Part shown: one piece after another, positions 52,332 through 61,491 of the stretch | Position numbering within the stretch: position 1 is the stretch's first letter | Layout: every line of letters begins with the position of its first letter | NCBI GenBank assembly: GCA_963818775.1 | Contig: CAWFUF010000029.1 | Coordinates: 1,918 to 65,917, forward strand | Length of the DNA: 64,000 nucleotides | DNA from: an uncultured Alphaproteobacteria bacterium | GTDB lineage: Bacteria; Pseudomonadota; Alphaproteobacteria; Acetobacterales; Acetobacteraceae | Direction of reading: 5' to 3' | Program-made: the position numbers and the translations under genes | The notes under the pieces: model-generated | Database searches by the model: none | What the model was told of the DNA's origin: nothing | The model's input: only the letters and a program-made list of their open reading frames with translations

Positions 52332-53342
52332 ATGCACCTCGCCCGTTTCCCCCGTGTACGCCTGTTTCCCACCCCTACACCGCTGGAGAAGCTGGCCAAT
52401 CTCACGCGCCATCTCGGCGGCCCCGAAATCTGGATCAAGCGCGATGACTGCACCGTGGTGGCGACGGGCGGCAACAAGGTGCGCAAGCTGGAGTGGCTCG
52501 TAGGCGAAGCTCAGGCGTTGGGCGCCAACCATCTGGTGACCCAGGGCGCCGTCCAGTCCAATCACGTGCGCCAGACCGCCGCGGTGGCGAGGCGTTTCGG
52601 CATGAAGTGTTCGGCGCTGCTGGAGCACCGCATCGACACCAACGACCGCGACTATCTGAACAGCGGCAACGTGCTGCTCGACCGGCTGTTCGACACTGCG
52701 ATCGAGTACCGCCCCGGCGGCACCGACATGAACGCCGCGGCGGCGGCGAAGGGCGAAGCTTTGCGGGCTGCCGGCGAGAAGCCGTACGTAATCCCGGGTG
52801 GCGGCTCCAATCAGGTCGGCGCGCTGGGCTACGTTTCCTGCGCACAGGAACTGATGCACCAAGCCGATGAGATGGGGCTGCGCATCGACCGCCTGGTAAC
52901 CGCGACGGGCAGCGCCGGAACCCAGGCGGGGCTGCTAGTCGGGCTCGAGGGCAGTAATGCCGGTATTCCGGTGCTGGGCATCGGCGTGCGCCTCCCGAAG
53001 GACCGACAGGAGGCCAACGTGCATCTCCTAGCGGAGGCCACCGCGGACTATGTCGGCATGCGCGGCGGCATTGCGCGCACCGCGGTGATGGCGAACTGCG
53101 ACTATGTCGGTCCCGGCTACGGTCAGCCGACACAAGGCATGACCGAGGCGGTGCTCATGTTGGCCCGGCTCGAGGGCGTGCTGCTCGACCCGGTGTATTC
53201 CGGCAAGGCGATGGCCGGCCTGATCGACCTGATCCGCAAGGGCGAGATCGGCAAGCGCGAGACCGTGGTGTTCCTGCACACCGGCGGCGCAGTCGGCCTG
53301 TTCGGCTATACTGGCGTGTTCGAACAGGCGATGGCCGTGTAG
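52332..53342 (+). CDS. dcyD: D-cysteine desulfhydrase / ACC deaminase-family PLP enzyme
   Basis: AGGAGA RBS. TPLEKL, IKRDDC...[43 protein letters not shown] and HTGG. Confidence 0.75.
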   Translation: MHLARFPRVRLFPTPTPLEKLANLTRHLGGPEIWIKRDDCTVVATGGNKVRKLEWLVGEAQALGANHLVTQGAVQSNHVRQTAAVARRFGMKCSALLEHRIDTNDRDYLNSGNVLLDRLFDTAIEYRPGGTDMNAAAAAKGEALRAAGEKPYVIPGGGSNQVGALGYVSCAQELMHQADEMGLRIDRLVTATGSAGTQAGLLVGLEGSNAGIPVLGIGVRLPKDRQEANVHLLAEATADYVGMRGGIARTAVMANCDYVGPGYGQPTQGMTEAVLMLARLEGVLLDPVYSGKAMAGLIDLIRKGEIGKRETVVFLHTGGAVGLFGYTGVFEQAMAV

Positions 53343-53353
53343 GGAAAACCGCG

Positions 53354-54520
53354 ATGCTGCGTAGCGAGGATCGCATTCTGACGACGCACACCGGCAGCCT
53401 GCCGCGTCCGGCGGCGCTGACATCGCTTTATGTGCGCCGCTCGCGTGGCGAGGCCATCGATGCCGCGGAGCTTGACCGAGAGGGCAAGGCGGCGGTGCGG
53501 GAGGTGGTGGCGAAGCAGATCGCCGCCGGCGTCGACATTCCCAACAACGGCGAGCAGCAGCGTGAGGCGTTCTTCCTTTATGTGCGCCATCGCATGAGTG
53601 GATTCGGCGGCGGCTGGACGCGCAAGGTGTTTGCCGACGTGACGCACTATCCGGCCTTCATGGCGTGGAAGGCCGCGCATGATGCGGTCAACGAGTCGAT
53701 CAGCAACGTCGGCGGCATACCCGAGGCAGTCGGCGAGGTACGCTACCTGGATCGCGCGCCGGTCGAGGCCGAATGCGCGGACTTCCGCGCGGCACTCGAC
53801 GCTGTGCAGGGTCGCTACGCCGAGCCGTTCATGACAGCGCCCTCACCCGGCATCATCGCCGCGGCCATGCGCAACGCATGGTACGATACCGAGGACGCGT
53901 ATCTTGCCGCCCTCGGTCGCGCGCTGCAGGTGGAATACGAAACCATCGTCTCAAACGGCTTCGTGCTGCAGATCGATGCGCCCGATCTCGCCATGGAGCG
54001 ACACATCTCGTACCAGGACCGGCCGCTCGGCGAATTCGTCGGCTTTGTTGAGCGCGTGGTGGCGGCAATCAACGCGGCGCTCGCCAATGTGCCGCGCGAC
54101 CGGGTTCGATTACACGCCTGCTGGGGGAATTACGAAGGCCCGCACGACTGCGATGTGGCTCTGCCGGAGGTACTGCCGACGATACGCCAGGCGAAAGTGG
54201 GCGGCTTCGTGCTGCCGTTCGCCAACCCCCGCCACGCGCACGAATATCGCTGCCTGAAGGACCTGCCGCTCGACGATGGCCAGGTCATCGTCGCCGGCGT
54301 GGTCGATCCGCTGACGAATTTCGTCGAGCACCCCGAGGTGATTGCCGACCGCATAGAACTGGTGGCGCGCGCCGTGGGCGATCCACGCCGCGTCCTCGCC
54401 GGCACCGATTGCGGCTTCGATACCTCGGCCGGCCGCGGCCGCGTCGCCGACGACGTTGTATGGGCAAAACTGGCGGCGATGGCGGAAGGCGCGCGCATCG
54501 CCACCAAGCGATTGTTCTGA
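53354..54520 (+). CDS. cobalamin-independent methionine synthase II (MetE C-terminal-like) family protein
   Basis: MLRSEDRILTTHTGSLPRP, HACWGNYEGPH and DCGF. It starts 11 nt after the dcyD-like gene. Confidence 0.8.
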   Translation: MLRSEDRILTTHTGSLPRPAALTSLYVRRSRGEAIDAAELDREGKAAVREVVAKQIAAGVDIPNNGEQQREAFFLYVRHRMSGFGGGWTRKVFADVTHYPAFMAWKAAHDAVNESISNVGGIPEAVGEVRYLDRAPVEAECADFRAALDAVQGRYAEPFMTAPSPGIIAAAMRNAWYDTEDAYLAALGRALQVEYETIVSNGFVLQIDAPDLAMERHISYQDRPLGEFVGFVERVVAAINAALANVPRDRVRLHACWGNYEGPHDCDVALPEVLPTIRQAKVGGFVLPFANPRHAHEYRCLKDLPLDDGQVIVAGVVDPLTNFVEHPEVIADRIELVARAVGDPRRVLAGTDCGFDTSAGRGRVADDVVWAKLAAMAEGARIATKRLF

Positions 54521-54523
54521 CCC

Positions 54524-54994
54524 CTACCCTCCCCCTCCCCTTGCGGGCGGGGGTTGGGGGAAGGGTGCCGCGCAAGTCCCAGGACGGCCCACCTGCCCCA
54601 GCACGCGCGCCATGTTCTTGCCGACCTTCCCAAGCGCCTCATTCCACGTGAACACCCCGAAGCGATCGAACTCCGGTACGATTGCGCCGCCAGGCAGCGC
54701 GAATGTCGATCGGCATACCAGCGTGTCGATTGGCGGCATCTCCGTCCGCATCCAGACAAACAGGGCAAGATCCTTGTCACGCAGATACACGTGCACCCCA
54801 AGCGGGCGCAGTTCGGCCTCGGTCACCGCAAGGCCGGTCTCCTCCGCCAGTTCGCGCACCGCCGCACCCACCAGCGACTCTCCTGGCTCCGACTGTCCTT
54901 TCGGAATGTCCCACCGCGGCGAGCGCGTGGCATGGCCGAGCAACAGACGGTCGCCGTCGGTGACGATGACGCCGCATGAAATGCGCTTCGCCAT
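54524..54994 (-). CDS. NUDIX hydrolase with REP-encoded C-terminal tail
   Basis: Nudix box GQSEPGESLVGAAVRELAEETGL. The last about 14 codons (AAPFPQPPPARGGGG) lie in the REP1 copy. The start overlaps the pdxY stop (TGATG). Confidence 0.8.
   Translation of the reverse strand: MAKRISCGVIVTDGDRLLLGHATRSPRWDIPKGQSEPGESLVGAAVRELAEETGLAVTEAELRPLGVHVYLRDKDLALFVWMRTEMPPIDTLVCRSTFALPGGAIVPEFDRFGVFTWNEALGKVGKNMARVLGQVGRPGTCAAPFPQPPPARGGGG
54526..54567. repeat. REP1-family element (opposite orientation)
   Basis: ACCCTCCCCCTCCCCTTGCGGGCGGGGGTTGGGGGAAGGGTG. Confidence 0.7.
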
Positions 54995-55854
54995 CAGCAG
55001 GGATGCGCGACGAAGCGCGTGGCTGGCGAGACGAACTCGTCCTGCGCCGCCACAGTCAGGATCTCGCGCGAACCGGCTTCGGCCGTCCGGCGCAGCAGGC
55101 CATGCACCGCGGACCCCGCCTCCTCCATCGCCCTCACCGCGTTCCCGGTGCTGAGGCGATGGAACAGGAACAGCGCGGCGATCGCGTCGCCGGCGCCGTT
55201 CACCGATACCGGCAGGCGCGGCGTCCGCAGCAGGTGGAAGCGTCCCCCTTCCCCCACCAGCAGATCGAGATGATCGCCCGGCGTGTGCTCGGTCTCCAGG
55301 CTGGTCAACAGCACGCAGTGCATCCCGTCGGGACGCATCGTCGCAGCCAGGCGCTCGACAGCCTCCTTCGCCACCGCCAGCGTGCCGCAGTCGAGACCCG
55401 TCAGCCGCTCCAGTTCGAACCGGTTGGGCGTGGCGATATCCGCCTGCGCCAGTGCATGATCGCGCAGGAATTCCTCGATGCCTTCCCGCACATACACGCC
55501 TTCCTCGACATCGCCGATCACCGGATCGCAGCAATAGATCGCGTTGGGGTTCGCTTCGCGCACACGAGCTACGGCGTGCAGGATCGCCTCGCCGATGCCG
55601 GCGTCGCCCATGTAGCCGGACAGCACGGCGTCGCAATGCCGCAGCACATCGCGCGCCGCGATGCCGTCCACCAGCTCGCGCACCGCATCGCCGGAGTAGA
55701 CCTGCCCGGTCCAGTGCCCATACCCGGTGTGGTTCGAGAACTGCACCGTGTTGATCGACCATACCTCGGCACCGAGCCGCTGCAATGGGAACACCGCGCT
55801 GGCGTTCCCGACATGGCCGTAGGCGACCCAGGACTGGATGGAGAGGATGTTCAT
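54994..55854 (-). CDS. pdxY: pyridoxal/pyridoxamine kinase
   Basis: MNILSIQSWVAYGHVGNASAVFPLQRLG, CDPVIGD and NGAGDAIAALF. Confidence 0.85.
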   Translation of the reverse strand: MNILSIQSWVAYGHVGNASAVFPLQRLGAEVWSINTVQFSNHTGYGHWTGQVYSGDAVRELVDGIAARDVLRHCDAVLSGYMGDAGIGEAILHAVARVREANPNAIYCCDPVIGDVEEGVYVREGIEEFLRDHALAQADIATPNRFELERLTGLDCGTLAVAKEAVERLAATMRPDGMHCVLLTSLETEHTPGDHLDLLVGEGGRFHLLRTPRLPVSVNGAGDAIAALFLFHRLSTGNAVRAMEEAGSAVHGLLRRTAEAGSREILTVAAQDEFVSPATRFVAHPC

Positions 55855-55979
55855 GCCGTTTGTTGTAATTCCGGTCGGGCGGCGGCGCGAGGCCGCTGTC
55901 ACAGACCGATACAACAGGGCAACCGACCAGCAAAACGGCGGTAGCAGCGTAAGTGCGACGCTTCAAGGAGCTCCTCGCG

Positions 55980-56138
55980 ATGATCCGACGGATCGGCAGC
56001 CTGCTAATGCTGGTGCTCTGCCTGACGTCCTTGTCCGGCTGCGTGATCGCGCCGGCGCCGGTCTACGGACGTCCTGGCGGGGCATGGGTGCCGGCCCACT
56101 ACAATGGCTGGCGCTGGGTGCCGGGCCACTGGGCCTGA
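55980..56138 (+). CDS. small lipoprotein (hypothetical)
   Basis: Lipobox LSGC, then a W/G/P-rich APVYGRPGGAWVPAHYNGWRWVPGHW. Confidence 0.5.
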   Translation: MIRRIGSLLMLVLCLTSLSGCVIAPAPVYGRPGGAWVPAHYNGWRWVPGHWA

Positions 56139-56187
56139 TCTGCACCTGCCGCTATAACCCCCGACCGAACCGGCCGGGGGATGGACC

Positions 56188-57756
56188 ATGCGACGTTACG
56201 GGCGGATTGCGCTTTGCGCGGGGTCGTTGGCGCTGTCATTGCCGGCGACCGCTCAGACGCTGCGGGTCGCGGTGAGCTCGCCGGTGACCAGCATCGATCC
56301 GCACTACCACAATCTCGCGCCCAACATCTCGCTCTCCACCCAGATCTTCAACCGGCTGGTTGAGCAGGACGAGCACGCCCGCCTCATCCCGGGTCTCGCG
56401 GAGTCCTGGAAGCTGGTGGCTCCCGATACATGGGAGCTCAAGCTGCGCGATGCGAAGTTCCAGAACGGTAATGCATTCGTCGCCGACGATGTGGTCTTCA
56501 CCATGGAGCGCATTCCCAAAGTGCCCAACAGCCCAAGCAGTTTCGCCGCCTACACCAAGCCGGTGACGAGTACCGAGGTAGTGGATGAACACACCATCCG
56601 CCTGCACACCAAGGGTGCATTCCCGCTGCTGCCGACCTATCTTTCGCTGTTCTTCATCATCAATCACAAGATCGACGAGGGGATGACGACCGAGGACTTC
56701 AACAGCGGCCAGGCGGCAATCGGCACCGGGCCATTCCGCTTCGTGTCGTTCAGGCCGGGTGACCGCGTCGAGCTGGAGCGCAACGACAGCTACTGGGGAC
56801 CGAAGCCGGTCTGGCAGAAGGTCAGCTACCGCTTCATGCCGAATGATGCCTCACGCACGGCGGCACTCCTTGCCGGCGATGTCGATTTCATCGACTTCGT
56901 GCCCACCGAGGATCTCGAGAAGCTGCGCAAGGATCCGAAGGTGAAGCTGTGGGAGACGCTTGGCCTGCGGCTCATCTTTCTCGGTCTAGATCAATCGCGC
57001 GATGGGCCGAGCCCTCATGTGTTCGGACCCAACGGTGAGAAGCTGGACAAGAATCCGCTGAAGGACCGGCGTGTGCGCTTGGCATTGTCGATCGCGATCA
57101 ATCGCAAGGCGATCGTCGATCGCGTGATGGAGGACGCAGCGGTTCCCACCGGGCAGTACCTGCCGCCGGGCGTGTACAGCTACGACCCCGACATCAAACC
57201 GCCGCCGTATGATCCGGAGCAGGCGAAGAAGCTGCTGGCGGAGGCGGGCTATCCCAAGGGTCTCCGCATCGCGCTGCATGGACCGAACGACCGCTACGTG
57301 AACGATGCGAAGATCATCCAGGCGGTCGGCCAGATGTGGACGCGCATCGGCGTGCAGACCGAGGTCGATCCGTTGCCGTGGTCGAGCTACGTCGGGCAGG
57401 CCAATAAACAGTTGTTCTCGGCGTTTCTGTTCGGCTGGGGCACCGGCACGGCTGAGGCGTCGGATGCGCTGATCGCGCAGAACGCCACGTTCGATCCGGC
57501 CAAGGGCTGGGGCGCCGCCAATCGTGGGCGCTATTCCAATCCCGCGCTCGACAAGCTGATCGGAGAGGCGCTGGGTACCGCGGACGACGCGGCGCGGGAG
57601 AAGGTTTTGCAGCAGGCGCAGCAGATGGCGTTCGACGATGTCGCGATCATTCCGCTGCACATTCAGAAGAACATCTGGGCGACGCGCGCAGGATTCACCT
57701 ATGTGCCGACGGTCGGCGAGGATCTGCACCTGGTCGACGTGAAGCCGGTCAAGTGA
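56188..57756 (+). CDS. ABC transporter substrate-binding protein, family 5 (peptide/nickel type)
   Basis: 522 aa, signal peptide ending PATAQT. Typical SBP_bac_5 layout. No adjacent permease or ATPase genes. Confidence 0.85.
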   Translation: MRRYGRIALCAGSLALSLPATAQTLRVAVSSPVTSIDPHYHNLAPNISLSTQIFNRLVEQDEHARLIPGLAESWKLVAPDTWELKLRDAKFQNGNAFVADDVVFTMERIPKVPNSPSSFAAYTKPVTSTEVVDEHTIRLHTKGAFPLLPTYLSLFFIINHKIDEGMTTEDFNSGQAAIGTGPFRFVSFRPGDRVELERNDSYWGPKPVWQKVSYRFMPNDASRTAALLAGDVDFIDFVPTEDLEKLRKDPKVKLWETLGLRLIFLGLDQSRDGPSPHVFGPNGEKLDKNPLKDRRVRLALSIAINRKAIVDRVMEDAAVPTGQYLPPGVYSYDPDIKPPPYDPEQAKKLLAEAGYPKGLRIALHGPNDRYVNDAKIIQAVGQMWTRIGVQTEVDPLPWSSYVGQANKQLFSAFLFGWGTGTAEASDALIAQNATFDPAKGWGAANRGRYSNPALDKLIGEALGTADDAAREKVLQQAQQMAFDDVAIIPLHIQKNIWATRAGFTYVPTVGEDLHLVDVKPVK

Positions 57757-57768
57757 ACCAGCCAATCT

Positions 57769-57867
57769 GCCTCCCCCTCCCCTTGCGGGAGGGGGCTGGG
57801 GAAAGGGGGCAGCGGGCGCTCCACTTCCCCCTCCCTCCAACCCCCTCCCGCAAGGGGAAGGGGAGGA
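57769..57867. repeat. inverted pair of REP1 elements
   Basis: 57769-57810 (CCCCCTCCCCTTGCGGGAGGGGGCTGGGG orientation) and 57824-57867 (CCCCCTCCCGCAAGGGGAAGGGGAGG orientation) fill the gap between the SBP gene and tag. Confidence 0.7.
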
Positions 57868-57874
57868 TGGTGCC

Positions 57875-58456
57875 GTGACGATTTCTCGCTGTTCATGGGC
57901 CGAAGGTGCCGATGCCGCGATGCTCGACTATCACGACCGCGAGTGGGGCGTGCCGCATCACGACGACAGCGCGCTGTTCGAGCTGCTGACGCTCGAAGGC
58001 GCTCAGGCCGGGCTCTCCTGGCGGACAATCCTCGCACGACGCGAAGAATATCGGCGTGCCTACCACGGCTTCGACATCAAGCGCGTCGCCGGCATGCGCG
58101 ACCCCACGTTGGAAAAGCTGCTGACATCGTCTGGCATCGTTCGTAACCGGCTGAAGGTCCATTCGGTGCGCGACAACGCCCGCGTCGCGCTCGATGTGAT
58201 CGCCGAACATGGCAGCCTCGACGCTTATCTCTGGTCCTTCGTCGGCAGCAAGCCACTGGTGAATTGCTGGCAGGAGAGCAAGCAGGTGCCGGCCACCACC
58301 GCCTTGTCTGATCAGATGAGCAAGGCGCTGGCCAAACGGGGCTTCCGCTTTGTCGGCTCGACCATATGCTATGCCTTCATGCAGGCGACCGGGATGGTGA
58401 ATGACCACTTGGTTTCCTGCTTCAGACACGAGGAGTCCGGTCATGCAGAACACTGA
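57875..58456 (+). CDS. tag: DNA-3-methyladenine glycosylase I
   Basis: RCSWA, YHDREWGVP, FELLTLEGAQAGLSW and FVGSTICYAFMQATGMVNDH. Confidence 0.9.
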   Translation: MTISRCSWAEGADAAMLDYHDREWGVPHHDDSALFELLTLEGAQAGLSWRTILARREEYRRAYHGFDIKRVAGMRDPTLEKLLTSSGIVRNRLKVHSVRDNARVALDVIAEHGSLDAYLWSFVGSKPLVNCWQESKQVPATTALSDQMSKALAKRGFRFVGSTICYAFMQATGMVNDHLVSCFRHEESGHAEH

Positions 58457-59861
58457 AGAAATCTGGCGTCTGGTCGATGCCAGGAAGGACGACTTCGAGG
58501 CGCTCAGCGATCGCGTCTGGGGCATGCCGGAACTCTGTTATAGCGAATTCCGTTCCTGCGCCGAGCACACCGCGATGCTGGAGCAGCACGGGTTTCGCGT
58601 GACAAGGGACGTCGCCGGCATTCCCACGGCAGTGATGGGGGAATCAGGCGAAGGCGGTCCGGTGATCGCCATCCTCGGCGAATACGACGCACTCCCCGGC
58701 CTCAGCCAGGAAGCCGGCGTGGCCGAACCAAAGCCGCTGCCGGGTGATGGCTATGGACACGGCTGCGGTCACAACCTGCTGGGGTCCGCGTCGATGCTGG
58801 CAGCCGCGGCGGTAAAGGACTATCTGGCGACGCACGGCATCAAGGGTCGCGTGCGCTACTACGGCTGTCCCGCTGAAGAAGGTGGCGCTGCGAAGGGCTT
58901 CATGGCGCGCGCCGGTGCGTTCAGCGATGTGGACGTCGCGATCTCCTGGCACCCCGCGGCGTTCGCAGGCGTGACCGAGGCGGTGTCGCTCGCCAACACG
59001 CGCATCGACTTCACATTCCATGGCCGCGCGTCGCATGCCGCCGCCGCGCCGCATCTCGGGCGCAGCGCGCTCGATGCAGTGGAGCTGATGAATGTCGGCG
59101 TGAACTACATGCGCGAGCACATGCCATCCGATGCGCGTGTGCACTACGCGCTGCTGGACGCGGGCGGCATCGCGCCCAACGTCGTGCAGGCGCGCGCTAA
59201 GGTGCGTTACCTGATCCGTGCCCGCGACCTGCCCGAGCTGACGCGACTTATCGAGCGCGTGCGCAAGATCGCCGACGGAGCCGCGCTGATGACTGAGACG
59301 CGGGTGGAATTGCAGGTGGTCAGCGCGGTGTCCAACCTGCTGGCGAACACGCCACTGGAACGCGCGATGCACGACAATCTCCAGCGCCTCGGGCCGCCGC
59401 CGTTCGACGATGCGGACCGCGCATTCGCAGCCAAGATCCAGGCGACACTGACCGATGAGGATATCGAGGCAGCGTATCGCCGCGTCGGGCTGCCGACGCA
59501 GCACGATGTGCCGCTGTGCGACCAGATCGTCCCGCTGGATGCAAAGAGCGCGCCGATGATGGGTTCGACCGATGTCGGCGACGTGAGCTGGGTGGTGCCG
59601 ACGGTGCAGGCTCGCGGCGCCACCTACGCGATCGGCACGCCAGGCCATTCGTGGCAACTCACCGCACAGGGCAAAATGCCGACCGCACACAAAGGACTGG
59701 TGCACGTGGCGAAGGTGATGGCCGGCACCGCCGTCGATGTGATCCAGGACGAGGTGCTCCTGGCACGCGCGAAGGCGGATCATCAGGCGCGCATCAGCCG
59801 CAATCCGTACGTTTGCCCGCTGCCCGACGATCTGGAGCCGCCTATCAAGATGTCGGCGTGA
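58443..59861 (+). CDS. M20-family amidohydrolase (AbgB-like)
   Basis: GEYDALPGLSQ, GHGCGHNLLG and YYGCPAEEGG. Start at ATG 58443, overlapping the tag 3' end. Confidence 0.85.
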   Translation: MQNTEEIWRLVDARKDDFEALSDRVWGMPELCYSEFRSCAEHTAMLEQHGFRVTRDVAGIPTAVMGESGEGGPVIAILGEYDALPGLSQEAGVAEPKPLPGDGYGHGCGHNLLGSASMLAAAAVKDYLATHGIKGRVRYYGCPAEEGGAAKGFMARAGAFSDVDVAISWHPAAFAGVTEAVSLANTRIDFTFHGRASHAAAAPHLGRSALDAVELMNVGVNYMREHMPSDARVHYALLDAGGIAPNVVQARAKVRYLIRARDLPELTRLIERVRKIADGAALMTETRVELQVVSAVSNLLANTPLERAMHDNLQRLGPPPFDDADRAFAAKIQATLTDEDIEAAYRRVGLPTQHDVPLCDQIVPLDAKSAPMMGSTDVGDVSWVVPTVQARGATYAIGTPGHSWQLTAQGKMPTAHKGLVHVAKVMAGTAVDVIQDEVLLARAKADHQARISRNPYVCPLPDDLEPPIKMSA

Positions 59862-59868
59862 CTGACCC

Positions 59869-59879
59869 GTCATTGCGAG
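59869..59879 (+). repeat. REP3 core GTCATTGCGAG
   Basis: An inverted partner lies at 60066-60076. Confidence 0.5.
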
Positions 59880-59927
59880 TTCCACACCCGCCTGGCGGCG
59901 GACCCGCGCTGGATGAGACCGGTATTC

Positions 59928-59961
59928 GTCATGGCCGGCGAAGGCCAGCCATCCACGCCTT
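59928..59961. repeat. REP2-family element (degenerate)
   Basis: GTCATGGCCGGCGAAGGCCAGCCATCCACGCCTT. Confidence 0.55.
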
Positions 59962-60040
59962 CCCTTGATGCGCGCGGCACAGTCTGCTCGTGGCTTCTTG
60001 ATAGCTGATCAACTCAATCTCCATCGAGTGCGTTACTTGG

Positions 60041-60076
60041 TGGAGCTTGCTTTGTTGCTTCGCTTCTCGCAATGAC
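60041..60076 (-). repeat. REP3 element
   Basis: The reverse complement reads GTCATTGCGAGAAGCGAAGCAACAAAGCAAGCTCCA. Confidence 0.55.
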
Positions 60077-60330
60077 AGGGTGTTCGGGTTCGCGTGTTTA
60101 GGCGTTCGGCGCCAGATCCAACCACGACCGGATCGCGCGTCAATTTCCGCCGCCGCTTTCGGCGGTGAAGCCGATGTCGATCACTACCGCCCGGTCGGCG
60201 TTCTTCGCCACCCAGACGAAATAGTCCATCGGCATCGGGTCGTCGTGCGATAGCCGCCGATGAATTGCTCGGCCCGCCGCGCCTCACGCGTGGCGTAGCG
60301 AATTGCGAAGACCTCGTACTCCGCCGACAT
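60077..60330 (-). pseudogene. 5' remnant of an MBL-fold hydrolase (N-acyl-homoserine-lactonase-like family), frameshifted and truncated
   Basis: MSAEYEVFAIRYATREARRAEQFIGG, then in another frame HDDPMPMDYFVWVAKNADRAVVIDIGFTAESGGGN*. The start overlaps the upstream LLM gene stop (TGATG). The remnant ends at REP3. Confidence 0.5.
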
Positions 60331-61361
60331 CAGGCATCCTCCGGCGCCGGCGCGATCGCCGGCCTCACATGACGATCGAATAGCTCCACCGATTGCAGCG
60401 CCTCGTCGCACGTGATGTCACCGAATGCGAAGCGGCAGAGCAGGTAGTTCAGCCCACCGTCATCGATCGACGTCTGCACGAACTCGCGCACATGCTCCGG
60501 TGTCCCGGCGACCGCGCGGCCTTGCGCCTCCGCTTCCTCGAACCGCTCAGGGAACAGTGCATTGGGATTAGGCAACTGCATATTGTGCTTGCGCCAGAGC
60601 ACCAGGAAGCTGTCGCGCCACTTACGGTAGCCGCGCTGCGCGATCTCCAGTGCCTCCTTGCGAGTCTCGGCAATCACGATGTGGCGGCTGACGCCCATCA
60701 GCGGCATCTCGTCCGCCGGGTTGCCCAGCGCCGCCCACTCGGCGCGGTAGCGGTCGGTGATCGCACGCATCCCCTTGCCGCCGAGATTGGCGACGACGTT
60801 GACCCGGCGCTCCGCCGCCCACGGCACGCCGTCCGGTCGGCCGATACCATACCAAAGTGGCGGATGCGGCTGCTGCAGCGGCGTCAGCTCCATCGGCACA
60901 TTGGCGTAGCGGTAGTATTTCCCCTCGAAGCTCAGTTCCTTGTTGGTCATGCCACGCAGAATCACTTCAAGCGCCTCGGCGTACATCGCCGGCGCGGTGT
61001 CCGGATCGATGCCGAAGTATCGCAGCTCGATCGGCGAAATCCCACGCCCTACCCCGAGCAGAAAGCGTCCGCCGCTCATCTGATCGAGCATGCAGATCTC
61101 TTCCAACAGCTTCAGCGGATGGTAGAGCGGCAGCAGATATACCAGCGGCCCAAAGCGCAACCGCTTCGTGCGCTCTGCCACCGCGGCCAACCAGACACCG
61201 GGCGACGGCGCGACGCCGAGCGGCGTCGCATGATGTTCAGCGACGTGATAGCCGTAGAAACCGGCGCGGTCGTACGCCTCCACCAACCGCAGTCGATCTG
61301 CATAGAATTGGTCGAGCGACACCGGTCCACGATCCATGTGGTCGAACACGCCGAACTGCAT
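60330..61361 (-). CDS. LLM-class (luciferase-like) flavin-dependent oxidoreductase
   Basis: MQFGVFDHMD..., YGYHVAEHH and RFLLGVGRG. Confidence 0.85.
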   Translation of the reverse strand: MQFGVFDHMDRGPVSLDQFYADRLRLVEAYDRAGFYGYHVAEHHATPLGVAPSPGVWLAAVAERTKRLRFGPLVYLLPLYHPLKLLEEICMLDQMSGGRFLLGVGRGISPIELRYFGIDPDTAPAMYAEALEVILRGMTNKELSFEGKYYRYANVPMELTPLQQPHPPLWYGIGRPDGVPWAAERRVNVVANLGGKGMRAITDRYRAEWAALGNPADEMPLMGVSRHIVIAETRKEALEIAQRGYRKWRDSFLVLWRKHNMQLPNPNALFPERFEEAEAQGRAVAGTPEHVREFVQTSIDDGGLNYLLCRFAFGDITCDEALQSVELFDRHVRPAIAPAPEDA

Positions 61362-61418
61362 CGAACAGACCTCCTTGGGGTTCACCGTCGAGCCTGCCGC
61401 ATGCGGTTGGTACGGTCG

Positions 61419-61437
61419 AGTCCAAGAGGTTTGGACT
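61419..61437. promoter_or_regulatory. AGTCCAA-N5-TTGGACT palindrome in the divergent LLM/CMD intergenic region
   Basis: Perfect 7-bp arms, read directly from the sequence. Confidence 0.25.
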
Positions 61438-61491
61438 GGCAGCAGCACGACGCGATCACCATTCCTGGCTCTGTCAGCGATGGAGGCCGAC

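Noticed and set aside
54995-55966. The N-terminal extension of ORF 54524..55966 (480 aa).
   Set aside because: It overlaps pdxY in another frame and is Arg/Gly/Ala-rich. The NUDIX gene starts at the ATG at 54994, which is coupled to the pdxY stop.
56188-57756. The family-5 substrate-binding protein as part of a complete peptide or nickel ABC importer.
   Set aside because: No permease or ATPase genes are adjacent. It is flanked by a small lipoprotein gene and REP elements, so it is an orphan SBP.
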